From: an uncultured Arcobacteraceae bacterium
GTDB taxonomy: Bacteria > Campylobacterota > Campylobacteria > Campylobacterales > Arcobacteraceae
Length of the DNA: 64,000 nt
Direction of reading: 5' to 3'
NCBI GenBank assembly: GCA_964022095.1
Contig: CAXHZO010000011.1
Location: forward strand, 14,481 to 78,480
The position numbers and the translations under genes were made by a program. Below, one piece after another: positions 21,767 through 31,897 of this stretch. The notes under the pieces are model-generated. The model saw nothing but the letters and a program-made list of their open reading frames with translations, was not told the origin of the DNA and did not search any database. Within the stretch, counting starts at the first letter, position 1, and each line of letters begins with the position of its first letter.

Positions 21767-23338
21767 TTATTTATTTAATTCAATATTGTTTAAATAGTCT
21801 TTAAAAGTTACATGTCCTAAATTGTCAGTTTGATAATCTGTTATTAAGTCAGTCACAAAATTTACTAATTTTGTAGCTTGTACTTTTACACCAGTTTTTT
21901 TAGCAATTCTACTTAGTTTTTCACCTTGTAAGTGTCCACCAAGTAATACATCATAACCCTCTACTCTATTACCATCTTCATCTCTAACTTTTGTTCCCAC
22001 AAAACCTATATCAGAAATTTGAGGTTGAGAACATCCATTTCCACATCCAGAAATTGCAATCATTACTGGCTCATCAAAATCAGGGTTTTTTTCTTCAAGC
22101 TCAAGTACAACTTTTTTTGCATACTCTTTAGTTTCTGTAATACCAAATTTACAGAACTCAATTCCAGTACATGATTGTAATCTTGCTCTAAATGGTGTTG
22201 GTTTATATGGATATCCAAGTGCATCGAATTCATCAGCTAAAGCTTGAGCTACCTCATCTTTAACACCATATACAATAAAGTTTTGAGTTGAAGTTAGAGC
22301 TATTCCACCTGCATTATATTTTTTACAAATGTCACTCATAATTTTAAAATCAGTACCTTCAACTCTACCAGAGTTTGTTGCAAATCCTACAAAAGATTCA
22401 CCCTCTTGTTTTGCTTTATGAATACCAAAGTGATCTCTTTGATTAAACGGTGTGATTTCAGGCTCAACAGTTCCAACTTGAAGTTTATATCTAAGTTGAT
22501 TTTCAATCTCATCAACAAACTTTTCTAATCCCCACTCATTTACTAAGTGTCTAACTCTTGCTTTGTTTCTATTATGTCTATTACCATTATCTCTAAAGAT
22601 TTCAGCACATACAACTGCTACGTCTAAAACTTGTTCTGGTTTTACATATCTATTTGCTCTATATGCAATTTGTTTTGATTTTGATAATCCACCTGCAAGT
22701 GTTAAATCAAATAAAACTTCTCCATTTTCATCTTTAAATGCTGTAAATGCAACATCTTGAATTTCATGTGCAACTGCATGTTTTGAACATCCTGAAATTC
22801 CTATTTTATATTTTCTAGGGAAGTTACAAAATCTATCTTCATTTTCATCAAAGTATGTATCTACTTGTTGTGCTAATACACTTGCATCAATAATTTCTTC
22901 AGGATCAATTCCACCAACTGGAGAAGTCATAATAGGTCTTGGTCCATCACCTGATGCCATTCTTGAAGTTAATCCAACACTATCTAATAATTCGAACATT
23001 GCTGGAATCTCTTTTATTTGAATGTAATGAAACTGTACATTTTGTCTATCTGTAAAATCAACTAAACCTTGTGCATAATCTAAACCAATCTTAGCCATTA
23101 CTTCTAATTGCTCTAAGTTCATTTTTGCATCAGTTAATTTAATTCTTTTCATAAAGTATGCTTTATCTTCTAAATCATCTTTATTAATATGTGGGTACAT
23201 TCCATACCACTTTAAAAGTCCAATATATTCTGGCTTTAAAGGAACTCCTTCCTTTGCTTCTTTGAACATATCATCAACTACTCTTAAAGGATTTCTTGAA
23301 GCCTTTAATTTTTCTAAGTCTGATAACTCTTTTTCCAT
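21767..23338 (-). CDS. Siroheme nitrite/sulfite reductase (ferredoxin-dependent type)
   Basis: TDRQNVQFH, PRKYKIGISGC, CTGIEFC and SGCGNGC siroheme/4Fe-4S cysteines. Confidence 0.9.
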   Translation of the reverse strand: MEKELSDLEKLKASRNPLRVVDDMFKEAKEGVPLKPEYIGLLKWYGMYPHINKDDLEDKAYFMKRIKLTDAKMNLEQLEVMAKIGLDYAQGLVDFTDRQNVQFHYIQIKEIPAMFELLDSVGLTSRMASGDGPRPIMTSPVGGIDPEEIIDASVLAQQVDTYFDENEDRFCNFPRKYKIGISGCSKHAVAHEIQDVAFTAFKDENGEVLFDLTLAGGLSKSKQIAYRANRYVKPEQVLDVAVVCAEIFRDNGNRHNRNKARVRHLVNEWGLEKFVDEIENQLRYKLQVGTVEPEITPFNQRDHFGIHKAKQEGESFVGFATNSGRVEGTDFKIMSDICKKYNAGGIALTSTQNFIVYGVKDEVAQALADEFDALGYPYKPTPFRARLQSCTGIEFCKFGITETKEYAKKVVLELEEKNPDFDEPVMIAISGCGNGCSQPQISDIGFVGTKVRDEDGNRVEGYDVLLGGHLQGEKLSRIAKKTGVKVQATKLVNFVTDLITDYQTDNLGHVTFKDYLNNIELNK

Positions 23339-23752
23339 GCTTTTCTCCTAGTTTTTTAAACTATATTTGTAAAATTATATCAGCTTTTCTTGAAAAACTA
23401 ATTAATTTAATCTTGATTATTTTACTATAGTATTAAAAATGATAAGTTTTTTTACTCAAAAATTAATTTATTCCAAAAAAAATATTATTTGCCAAGAAAA
23501 AAAATTGTATTAAAGTGCCTATAAATAAGGTCTTTTTTTTAAGTAAAATCATATTAAGTTTTATTTAAGTTTATTTCTAAATTTATGATTTATAATTCCG
23601 ATATAGAATAAGAAGTATGTATTAGGCATTCTAGAAATTTAATCATTTGGCGATGGGATAAATTTCTAGAATATGTTGACTCTTTTATAAAGAGTTCTTC
23701 ATACTAACTAAAAAATCTTAGTTTTTAGTTAAATATTTGGAGTAAACTAACT

Positions 23753-23974
23753 ATGTTAAAATTTTTAATGATTACGCTTGTAATATGTTCAATCTCGCTA
23801 TTTGCAAATGAAGATATGGACCAACTAGACCAAATAAATAAATGCGATATAGTTTATGATAACTGTGCATTAAAATGTGAAAAAAACGATTCAACTGACA
23901 ATGAAGAGTGTTACGCAAAGTGTGAAGCACTATTTGACAAATGTCAAAATGAATCTGAAAACTTAGAAAACTAA
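23753..23974 (+). CDS. Small exported Cys-rich acidic protein
   Basis: Signal-peptide-like N-terminus; CX6CX3C...CX3CX6C; GGAG RBS. Confidence 0.65.
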   Translation: MLKFLMITLVICSISLFANEDMDQLDQINKCDIVYDNCALKCEKNDSTDNEECYAKCEALFDKCQNESENLEN

Positions 23975-24023
23975 TTTTTGTTTTTTCTTCTTATTCTATA
24001 TTTATTTTATTAGGAGAACAAAA

Positions 24024-25109
24024 TTGGATAGTTTTGTAAAAAATGAGCCAATTAAAAATTTTATTCCATTCTTTGATTTACTAAAACAGCTTATTAGAAT
24101 ACCAAGTGTAACGGGAGCTGAGCACTCTTTTTTACTATATTTAAAAAGAGAACTTGAAGAAATCGGAATAAAAACACAACACTATGATGGACTTTTAGTA
24201 GCCCAAGGTAATAATCCCCAAAAAGGTATGCTAAGCGCGCATATAGATAGACACGGTATTATTTGCACTGGTCCAAATGAGTTTCAATTTGCAGCATTTC
24301 TTGCAAAGAATAGTTCTGATTTAAAAGGCAATTCTTTATCAGAACAGACTTATCAACTAATTGCATCTAGATATATAAATCAACAAGTTCAAGCTTATGA
24401 GCCTTGGAGTGGATCATATTTAGGTTTAGGAAAAATTGATGATGTGTTTATTGATAAAAGAGTAAACAACCTATTTTTTAAAATTGATGGGCTATCTCAC
24501 TTATTACCTGGAACACCTATTGCATTTAGTGATAAACTAAAAAAAGATGATGATCTAATAAGCGCACAACTTGATAATGTAATATCTGCTGCAATAATTG
24601 TATATCTTTACCAAAACGGTTATGAAGGAACTGCATTTTTCACAGCACAAGAAGAGGCTGGAAAATCTTGGAGATATGTTTATGAGTGGTTTAAAAAAAA
24701 TGATTTGACTACTGATGAACTATTAGTATTAGATACAAGTCCTTTTGATACAAGACAAGAAGCAAATATGCAACAAGTCGTACTAAGAAATCAAGATGCA
24801 AATGCAAAATTTAAATCAAAAGTTTTAAATGATTTAAAAAAATATTGTAGAAAAAATAAAATTGAATTTATCTGTAAAGATACATTCATAAAAAACAAAA
24901 ACAAATTACGAATTGAAAATGGCCTAGAACCAATAACAATTGGGAGTACTGAGCTTGGAAGAATTGTAAAAGAATCCAATGGAAAAATTCAAGGGACAAC
25001 TCTTCAAATTCCAACAACAGGTTATCATACAGTAGAAGAAACAGCTTCTATAAAATCTGTAAAAGCCATAATTCAAATCTTAAGTGATTTGTATATTAAT
25101 AAAGTATAA
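24024..25109 (+). CDS. M42/M28-clan metallopeptidase-like protein
   Basis: SAHIDRHG, AQLDN, AQEEAG, YHT metal ligands; AGGAG RBS before TTG. Confidence 0.78.
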   Translation: MDSFVKNEPIKNFIPFFDLLKQLIRIPSVTGAEHSFLLYLKRELEEIGIKTQHYDGLLVAQGNNPQKGMLSAHIDRHGIICTGPNEFQFAAFLAKNSSDLKGNSLSEQTYQLIASRYINQQVQAYEPWSGSYLGLGKIDDVFIDKRVNNLFFKIDGLSHLLPGTPIAFSDKLKKDDDLISAQLDNVISAAIIVYLYQNGYEGTAFFTAQEEAGKSWRYVYEWFKKNDLTTDELLVLDTSPFDTRQEANMQQVVLRNQDANAKFKSKVLNDLKKYCRKNKIEFICKDTFIKNKNKLRIENGLEPITIGSTELGRIVKESNGKIQGTTLQIPTTGYHTVEETASIKSVKAIIQILSDLYINKV

Positions 25110-25120
25110 AAGGTTTAATA

Positions 25121-25357
25121 ATGGATTTAGCAATTGTTTATGAACTAAGAGCTAATGATGTAAAAGAGGAACACATTAAGCTGATTATGGAAAAAGTTAA
25201 AAATAGATTCACCGAAGAAAATATTGATTTAGAACTAGTAAAATTGGGTTATCAAAAAATGTTTACAGTAGATTATGATGAATACGATGAATATGGCTAT
25301 AATGAATTGGATTATGTTTCAAATCAGAAAGGGCACCATGAAGAAGACTTTGAGTAA
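25121..25357 (+). CDS. Small acidic hypothetical protein
   Basis: AAAAGG RBS, operon position. Confidence 0.6.
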   Translation: MDLAIVYELRANDVKEEHIKLIMEKVKNRFTEENIDLELVKLGYQKMFTVDYDEYDEYGYNELDYVSNQKGHHEEDFE

Positions 25358-25745
25358 CAAAGAGCTAGTAAAACTATACTATGAAGAGTTATGGAATAAA
25401 AAGAATAAAGATTACATAGATATTTTATTTGATGACAATTTTACATTTCATGGCTCATTAAATGTTACAGCAAATGGTAAAAAAGAGTTTGAAAAATATA
25501 TGGATACTATATTCACGGGTATTCCATCACTATTTCACAGTATTGTATCTATGGTTTGTGAAAATGATCAAATTGCAGTAAGAGCACTATATAATGGAAG
25601 ACATACAGGAAAACTTTTTGAATATGAAGCTAGTAATAATAAGATAGTTTATAATGGTGCTTCATTTTTTAAATTTGCAGATGGAAAAATTATTGATATC
25701 TGGGTTTTAGGTGATTTAAATAACTTGACAAAGCAATTAACATGA
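25338..25745 (+). CDS. SnoaL-like (NTF2-fold) ester cyclase family protein
   Basis: NKELVKLYYEELWN...GRHTG...FFKFADGKIIDIWVLGD; start uncertain. Confidence 0.8.
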   Translation: MKKTLSNKELVKLYYEELWNKKNKDYIDILFDDNFTFHGSLNVTANGKKEFEKYMDTIFTGIPSLFHSIVSMVCENDQIAVRALYNGRHTGKLFEYEASNNKIVYNGASFFKFADGKIIDIWVLGDLNNLTKQLT

Positions 25746-25761
25746 TTTTAAATGATTCAAA

Positions 25762-26472
25762 TTGAGACAAATTAGTAACAAGGTTTTTTGTGAAGATTTT
25801 TTATTAGACTTTGATATTCAAACAAAAATATTACCAAACCCATATTATGATTATCCATATTTAATTATTGAAAACTTTTTTGATTTAGATGAGTGTAAAT
25901 TAGTAAATAATATTACTAAAAAAAATAATGACTTTCAAAAAGCACAAGTTTTAATTTCAAAAGAAGTTGTTACAAGTAAAACAAATGAGAATATTAGAAA
26001 AACAAATATTTATAAATTAGATGAAATATTACAAAAAATTTATGATGAAAGATTTATTAAGTATCAAAAACAAATAGAAGAGTTTTTCAAACTTCCAATT
26101 AGCACAACATCCAATCTACAAGTACTAGAGTATCAAGAAGGTTGTTTTTATAATATGCACAGTGATGATTCTAGTATGTTATATAAAGATGATGAATTAG
26201 TTGGATTTATACCAGTAACAAAAGAGAGAAAAATATCTACTGTTTTATTTACAACTTCGTATGATGAAAATATTGATGAAAATAGTTTTTTAGGGGGAGA
26301 GCTTTTGTTTAATTTTTTATATGACATAAATGGAAATCAAATAAAAATTAAACCAAAAGCTGGGAATATGGTAGTATTCTTAAGTAATCCCTACTTCACA
26401 CATGAAGTATTAAAAGTAAAACAAGGGAGAAGAATCTCCCTTGTTCAGTGGCACAATGCTATTGTAAACTAA
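25762..26472 (+). CDS. 2OG-Fe(II) oxygenase (prolyl-hydroxylase-like)
   Basis: HSD...GGEL...HEV...GRRISLVQW facial triad. Confidence 0.82.
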   Translation: MRQISNKVFCEDFLLDFDIQTKILPNPYYDYPYLIIENFFDLDECKLVNNITKKNNDFQKAQVLISKEVVTSKTNENIRKTNIYKLDEILQKIYDERFIKYQKQIEEFFKLPISTTSNLQVLEYQEGCFYNMHSDDSSMLYKDDELVGFIPVTKERKISTVLFTTSYDENIDENSFLGGELLFNFLYDINGNQIKIKPKAGNMVVFLSNPYFTHEVLKVKQGRRISLVQWHNAIVN

Positions 26473-26493
26473 AGTAAGTTTTCTTACTTTAGT
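26468..26493. terminator. Bidirectional terminator between convergent genes
   Basis: ACTAAAGTAAG-TTTT-CTTACTTTAGT. Confidence 0.65.
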
Positions 26494-26917
26494 AACTTAG
26501 ATTTTGATAATCTTTATTTAATAAATTTGTAGCAACATCCATTGGTTTTGCAACAGTAATTCCATCTAATAATACAGATGCATCTTTGTTAGCATTTGGT
26601 AAATAAAGTGGACAAACTTGAACATTAGCACCTTTTTTGATTAGGCCATTTAAAAGCATTTTTGGTGATTTATTTTTTGGTTTTAAAGTTTCACCTTTGA
26701 TATTTTTATCTGCTAAATCTCCTGCTTTTGAACATAAAACAATATTTACATCTTTTCCTTGTTTTTTAGCCATTGTTGATAAAACCATTGCCATCATTTG
26801 AGTTTGACTATCTGCTGAAGTTACAACTACGTTTAATCCCTTTGCGCTATTTTCACTTGCATATAAATTTGCCGATAAAAAAAGTACACTTACAAATACT
26901 AATATTTTCTTTAACAT
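26489..26917 (-). CDS. Exported DsrE-like protein
   Basis: Signal peptide; VVTS...QTQMMAMVL...VQVCPLYLPN. Confidence 0.7.
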   Translation of the reverse strand: MLKKILVFVSVLFLSANLYASENSAKGLNVVVTSADSQTQMMAMVLSTMAKKQGKDVNIVLCSKAGDLADKNIKGETLKPKNKSPKMLLNGLIKKGANVQVCPLYLPNANKDASVLLDGITVAKPMDVATNLLNKDYQNLSY

Positions 26918-27085
26918 AAGTTTTCCTTATAATTTATTGATTAGTTTTACTAATAAAACTTTTCAATTATAGGTCTAATAAACTTATATTATTATTAAAC
27001 GTAAATATTTTTGTTATTAATTAATTTTATACGTTAAATAGGTAAGTTTTTATATAATCAAAAAAATATTTCATAAAGAGTATAG

Positions 27086-27820
27086 ATGCTACTTACACCT
27101 CAACAACTTGAAAAATTCCATGAAGATGGCTTTTTAGTTCTTAAAAATTTTGCACCACATCAATTGTGTGATGAAATCTTAGAAAAAGCCAAAGAACACC
27201 TAAATAAAAAACTTGCACCCATAGAGAGTGAGCAAGAGTATATGAATATAAATGAAGATGAAATTACAGTTAGAAGACTAAGACAAGTATATGATAGAGA
27301 AGAAGTTTTTAGAACTTGGATGACAAATCAAGAAATCAGACCTATCTTAAAACAGATCTTAAATGACACTCCTGTTTTAACTTTGGCACATCATAACTCT
27401 ATTATGACAAAGCTTCCAAAAGAGAGTACTAGAACATACTGGCATCAAGATAGAAGATATTGGAACTTTGAAAATGACAATTTAGTTTCTGTTTGGCTTT
27501 CACTTGGAAATGAGTTTATAGAAAATGGATTATTGGAGTTTATTCCAAGAAGTCATAAAATGGATTTTGGCTCTGATAGATTTGATGAAAAATCAAACTT
27601 TTTAGATGAAAACGAAGAGAATATAAAACTAATTCATCAAAGAACTTACACAAACTTAGAAAAAGGTGATGTTGTTTTATTTCACTGTAAAACACTGCAC
27701 CATGCTAGTAAAAACACAACAGATACTCCTAAAATCTCTTTTGTGTACACAGTAAGAGCGCAAAGTAATAAACCAATAAAAGATACAAGAAGTGATTTTA
27801 AGGAAGTAATACTTGACTAA
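27086..27820 (+). CDS. Phytanoyl-CoA dioxygenase (PhyH) family protein
   Basis: FHEDGFLVL, WHQD, GDVVLFH...HHAS. Confidence 0.88.
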   Translation: MLLTPQQLEKFHEDGFLVLKNFAPHQLCDEILEKAKEHLNKKLAPIESEQEYMNINEDEITVRRLRQVYDREEVFRTWMTNQEIRPILKQILNDTPVLTLAHHNSIMTKLPKESTRTYWHQDRRYWNFENDNLVSVWLSLGNEFIENGLLEFIPRSHKMDFGSDRFDEKSNFLDENEENIKLIHQRTYTNLEKGDVVLFHCKTLHHASKNTTDTPKISFVYTVRAQSNKPIKDTRSDFKEVILD

Positions 27821-29918
27821 TGATTTAATAAACCTACTTAGTGAAAAAACAAAACTTTCAGATAAAACCATACACAACATCATCAAACTACTTGATGAAG
27901 GTTGTACTATTCCTTTTATTGCAAGATACAGAAAAGATTACACTAATGGTGCAACTGATGAAGAATTAAGAATTTTTGAAGAGACATATAACTATTTTGA
28001 TAAGTTTTTGCAAAGAAAAGAAGAGATTAAAAATATACTAAAAGAGAAAAACTTTTTAGATGATAGGGTTTTAAAAAATCTAAATGAAGCAAAAACACTA
28101 CAAGCTTTGGAAGATATATATACTCCATTTAAAGATAAAAAATCTTCAAGAACAAGTAGTGCAATAGAAAATGGACTAGAACCACTAGCAAATATAATTC
28201 AATCTATGAAATACTCAAAAGAAGATGTAGAGTATAAGTCAAAACAGTTTTTAAATAAAAATATAAAGACAACTACTGATGCAATAAATGGTGCAAAAGA
28301 TATCATAGCCCAAAGATATGCAGATGATTTTAAATCAAAAGAGGTTTTAAGAAACCTAATATCAAATTGGGGAAACTTAGAGATAAAAGAAGCAAAAGAG
28401 TTTGATAAAAATGGTGTTTATGCAAACTTTGCAAATACAGTTGAGAAAATAAAATATATAAAATCACATAGAATCTTAGCAATTTTAAGAGCAGTAAATG
28501 AAAAGCAACTAAGTATAAAAGTAGATATTGATGAAAAGCATATTTTAGAAAATATCAAAAAATACAAAATTCCATCACATGCAAACTCTTCAAAAGATAT
28601 AGTTTTTGATGCATACAAAGATGGATTAAAAAGACTTTTGCTTCCTAGTTTAAAAAGAGAAGCAATCAATAACCTAAAAGAAAAAGCTAGCCTAGAAGCT
28701 ATCGAGCTTTTTGGGAAGAACCTAAAAGAGTTACTCCAAACAGCTCCACTTGTAAATCAAGTAATCTTAGGAATGGATCCTGGATATAAAACTGGATGTA
28801 AACTTGCAGTAATTGATGAAAATGGAAACTACCAAGATAGTAGTGTTATATATCCTACAAAACCAAAAGAGGATATAAAAACATCTTCAAAAGTAGTACT
28901 TGAACTAATCAAAAAATACAACATCACTTCAATAGCAATTGGAAATGGAACAGCTTCAAGGGAAACTGCGCAGTTTGTAAGTGAACTAATCACTCAAAAT
29001 AATCTAGAAATAAACTACGCAATAGTTAGTGAAATAGGAGCTAGCGTTTACTCTGCTTCAAAAATAGCTATACAAGAGTATCCAAACTTAGATGTTACCA
29101 TAAGAGGAGCTATCTCAATAGCAAGTAGACTAAGAGACCCAATGGCAGCCTTAGTTAAGATAGACCCAAAATCTCTTGGAATCGGACAGTATCAACACGA
29201 TGTAAACCAAAAAGAGTTAGAGAAAAAACTAGAAAACATCACTATAGATTTAGTAAATAAAGTAGGAGTAGATATAAACTCTGCTTCATATAAACTTTTA
29301 TCTTTTATCTCAGGAATATCTGAAAAACTAGCTAAAAACATAATAGAACATAGAGCCAAAATCAAAAACTTCACTTCAAAAAAACAACTTCTTGAGGTAA
29401 AAGGAATTGGTGCAAAAGCATATGAGCAAGGTGTTGGATTTTTGAGAATCAAAGATGGAAAATCTATTTTAGATAATACTGGTATTCACCCTGAAGATTA
29501 TGATTTAACTGATAGGATACAAAAGAACTATGAATTAGAAAAAATAGTTGATTTTGAAAAAGTAGCAAAAGAGTTAAACACTACACCACTAAAACTAAAA
29601 GATATAGTAACAGAACTTTTAAAACCTGGATATGATGTAAGACAAGAGTTTAATCAAGTAAAGTTTTCAAGTGATATTACAAATATAGAAGATTTAAAAG
29701 AGGGTTTTACCTTAAGTGGAATAGTTAGAAACATCACTGATTTTGGAGCTTTTGTAGATATAGGACTTAAAAATGATGCCCTACTTCATATCTCACAAAT
29801 AAGCCAAAAAAGAATCTCACATCCAAGTGAAGTTTTAAGTATAAATCAAAATTTAGAAAATATAAAAGTACTAAGTGTAGACTTAGAAAAACAAAGAGTA
29901 GGTCTTAGTTTAAAATAG
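27813..29918 (+). CDS. tex: Tex-family RNA-binding transcription accessory protein
   Basis: TIPFIARYRK, GMDPGYKTGCK, GNGTASRET, HhH and S1 domain (NITDFGAFVDIG). Confidence 0.93.
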   Translation: MTNDLINLLSEKTKLSDKTIHNIIKLLDEGCTIPFIARYRKDYTNGATDEELRIFEETYNYFDKFLQRKEEIKNILKEKNFLDDRVLKNLNEAKTLQALEDIYTPFKDKKSSRTSSAIENGLEPLANIIQSMKYSKEDVEYKSKQFLNKNIKTTTDAINGAKDIIAQRYADDFKSKEVLRNLISNWGNLEIKEAKEFDKNGVYANFANTVEKIKYIKSHRILAILRAVNEKQLSIKVDIDEKHILENIKKYKIPSHANSSKDIVFDAYKDGLKRLLLPSLKREAINNLKEKASLEAIELFGKNLKELLQTAPLVNQVILGMDPGYKTGCKLAVIDENGNYQDSSVIYPTKPKEDIKTSSKVVLELIKKYNITSIAIGNGTASRETAQFVSELITQNNLEINYAIVSEIGASVYSASKIAIQEYPNLDVTIRGAISIASRLRDPMAALVKIDPKSLGIGQYQHDVNQKELEKKLENITIDLVNKVGVDINSASYKLLSFISGISEKLAKNIIEHRAKIKNFTSKKQLLEVKGIGAKAYEQGVGFLRIKDGKSILDNTGIHPEDYDLTDRIQKNYELEKIVDFEKVAKELNTTPLKLKDIVTELLKPGYDVRQEFNQVKFSSDITNIEDLKEGFTLSGIVRNITDFGAFVDIGLKNDALLHISQISQKRISHPSEVLSINQNLENIKVLSVDLEKQRVGLSLK

Positions 29919-29936
29919 AAAAATAAAAGGAAAAAA

Positions 29937-30203
29937 ATGCAAGATATAAAAACACAACTAAAAGAGTTAATTGACGAAACAATGATTCCAGAAACAATGG
30001 ATTATATAGAAGAATTAAAAGTTTTAAAACAAAATAACAAAGCTACACAAGATGATTTAAACGCCATTGAAGAGATGCAGTTCTTTTTAGAAGAGTTAGA
30101 ATCTGTTGTAACTGCAATAGAAGAAGATAAAATCTCAGATGAAGAAGCACAAGAGATTTTTACTAAAATTGAAAGTATGATTGAGGAACATCAAGAACAT
30201 TGA
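29937..30203 (+). CDS. Small acidic hypothetical protein
   Basis: AAAAGG RBS, followed by a terminator hairpin. Confidence 0.7.
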   Translation: MQDIKTQLKELIDETMIPETMDYIEELKVLKQNNKATQDDLNAIEEMQFFLEELESVVTAIEEDKISDEEAQEIFTKIESMIEEHQEH

Positions 30204-30205
30204 TT

Positions 30206-30230
30206 AAAAACTAGAGAGAAACTCTAGTTT
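30206..30230. repeat. 25-bp direct repeat, left copy (terminator hairpin) at the CRISPR-Cas locus boundary
   Basis: AAAAACTAGAGAGAAACTCTAGTTT, identical to 36844-36868. Confidence 0.9.
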
Positions 30231-30231
30231 C

Positions 30232-31849
30232 TAATTAACCTACTCTCAAATCCCCATTTGATATAATACAAAACCAGTAAATTTCATGCCTTCGTAAGTT
30301 TTAACCTACTCTCAAATCCCCATTTGATATAATCAAAGCATTCAGGAATTGGCTGTCCTTTTGTTTTAACCTACTCTCAAATCCCCATTTGATATAATCA
30401 AAACATTTGAAAGTAATCACCATCTAAAGTTTTAACCTACTCTCAAATCCCCATTTGATATAATTGTTCTAAATTTGTTTGTAAAACCATTGCTGTTTTA
30501 ACCTACTCTCAAATCCCCATTTGATATAATTATATCACGAATATGAACGCAGAAAGCTTTGTTTTAACCTACTCTCAAATCCCCATTTGATATAATCTAA
30601 GTTCTAATTGGCAATATTCGGAAGTAGTTTTAACCTACTCTCAAATCCCCATTTGATATAATGTTGTAGTTTTGTGCTTTCAGTTCGCGTTAGTTTTAAC
30701 CTACTCTCAAATCCCCATTTGATATAATATTATGATAATAGTCGGCACTAATTCTTATGTTTTAACCTACTCTCAAATCCCCATTTGATATAATTTAATA
30801 GCTTAATTGTTATTGATGAGGCACAGTTTTAACCTACTCTCAAATCCCCATTTGATATAATTTGCTTTCTTGTTTCTTCTTCAAATACGTTCGTTTTAAC
30901 CTACTCTCAAATCCCCATTTGATATAATGATTACTTTGCTCAAGAATTAGCGTTAAGGGTTTTAACCTACTCTCAAATCCCCATTTGATATAATTCATTC
31001 TTTAATGTTCTCTGGAATTCCCATGTTTTAACCTACTCTCAAATCCCCATTTGATATAATATTTGAAGTCCCATACCATCTAATGTCAGTGTTTTAACCT
31101 ACTCTCAAATCCCCATTTGATATAATCCCATCTTTCTTTTCGTATACATTAGTTAGTTTTAACCTACTCTCAAATCCCCATTTGATATAATATATATTTT
31201 CCAATTGCATTGTTTAAGTTTGTTTTAACCTACTCTCAAATCCCCATTTGATATAATTAGAACCTTGGCAGAAAAAGATGATTTGCGTTTTAACCTACTC
31301 TCAAATCCCCATTTGATATAATAAATAAAAATAGATATTTATCGGAAATTAGTTTTAACCTACTCTCAAATCCCCATTTGATATAATGGGAGCAGGAACA
31401 TGGATAGTGGTTTACTTGTTTTAACCTACTCTCAAATCCCCATTTGATATAATGGGAGCAGGAACATGGATAGTGGTTTACTTGTTTTAACCTACTCTCA
31501 AATCCCCATTTGATATAATTTGTTATTGACTCAAGATTATCAATATCCCGTTTTAACCTACTCTCAAATCCCCATTTGATATAATTTCTTAATTCGAGAG
31601 ATGCATTAGTATCTTGTTTTAACCTACTCTCAAATCCCCATTTGATATAATAACAAGAATTTAAAGAAAACAATAGTAGTTGTTTTAACCTACTCTCAAA
31701 TCCCCATTTGATATAATTCAAAAGCTAGAAGTAAGTTCTTGAAAGATGTTTTAACCTACTCTCAAATCCCCATTTGATATAATTTTAGATGTATTTCAGA
31801 TATATTTATGATGGTTTTAACCTACTCTCAAATCCCCATTTGATATAAT
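30232..31849 (+). CRISPR. Type II-C CRISPR array: 25 repeats (36 bp) and 24 spacers (29-31 bp)
   Basis: Repeat GTTTTAACCTACTCTCAAATCCCCATTTGATATAAT; first copy (30232-30267) differs in its first 3 nt; last copy 31814-31849; orientation from tracrRNA complementarity and the embedded TGATATAAT. Confidence 0.99.
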
Positions 31850-31864
31850 AGAGTAGATTAAAAC
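31850..31864 (-). repeat. Inverted partial CRISPR repeat directly after the last repeat
   Basis: Minus strand GTTTTAATCTACTCT vs repeat start GTTTTAACCTACTCT (14/15). Confidence 0.85.
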
Positions 31865-31897
31865 TTCGATTTTATAGGGTTTTCAAGTCTAAAAACA

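Noticed and set aside
31290-31721. 143-aa minus-strand ORF with repeated YIKWGFESRLK
   Set aside because: Translation of CRISPR repeats (66-bp period); not a gene
30268-31813. Self-targeting by array spacers within the window
   Set aside because: No spacer match found by eye; the TGACTCAA in spacer 20 is only an 8-nt coincidence with the cas9 operator. A proper search was not possible
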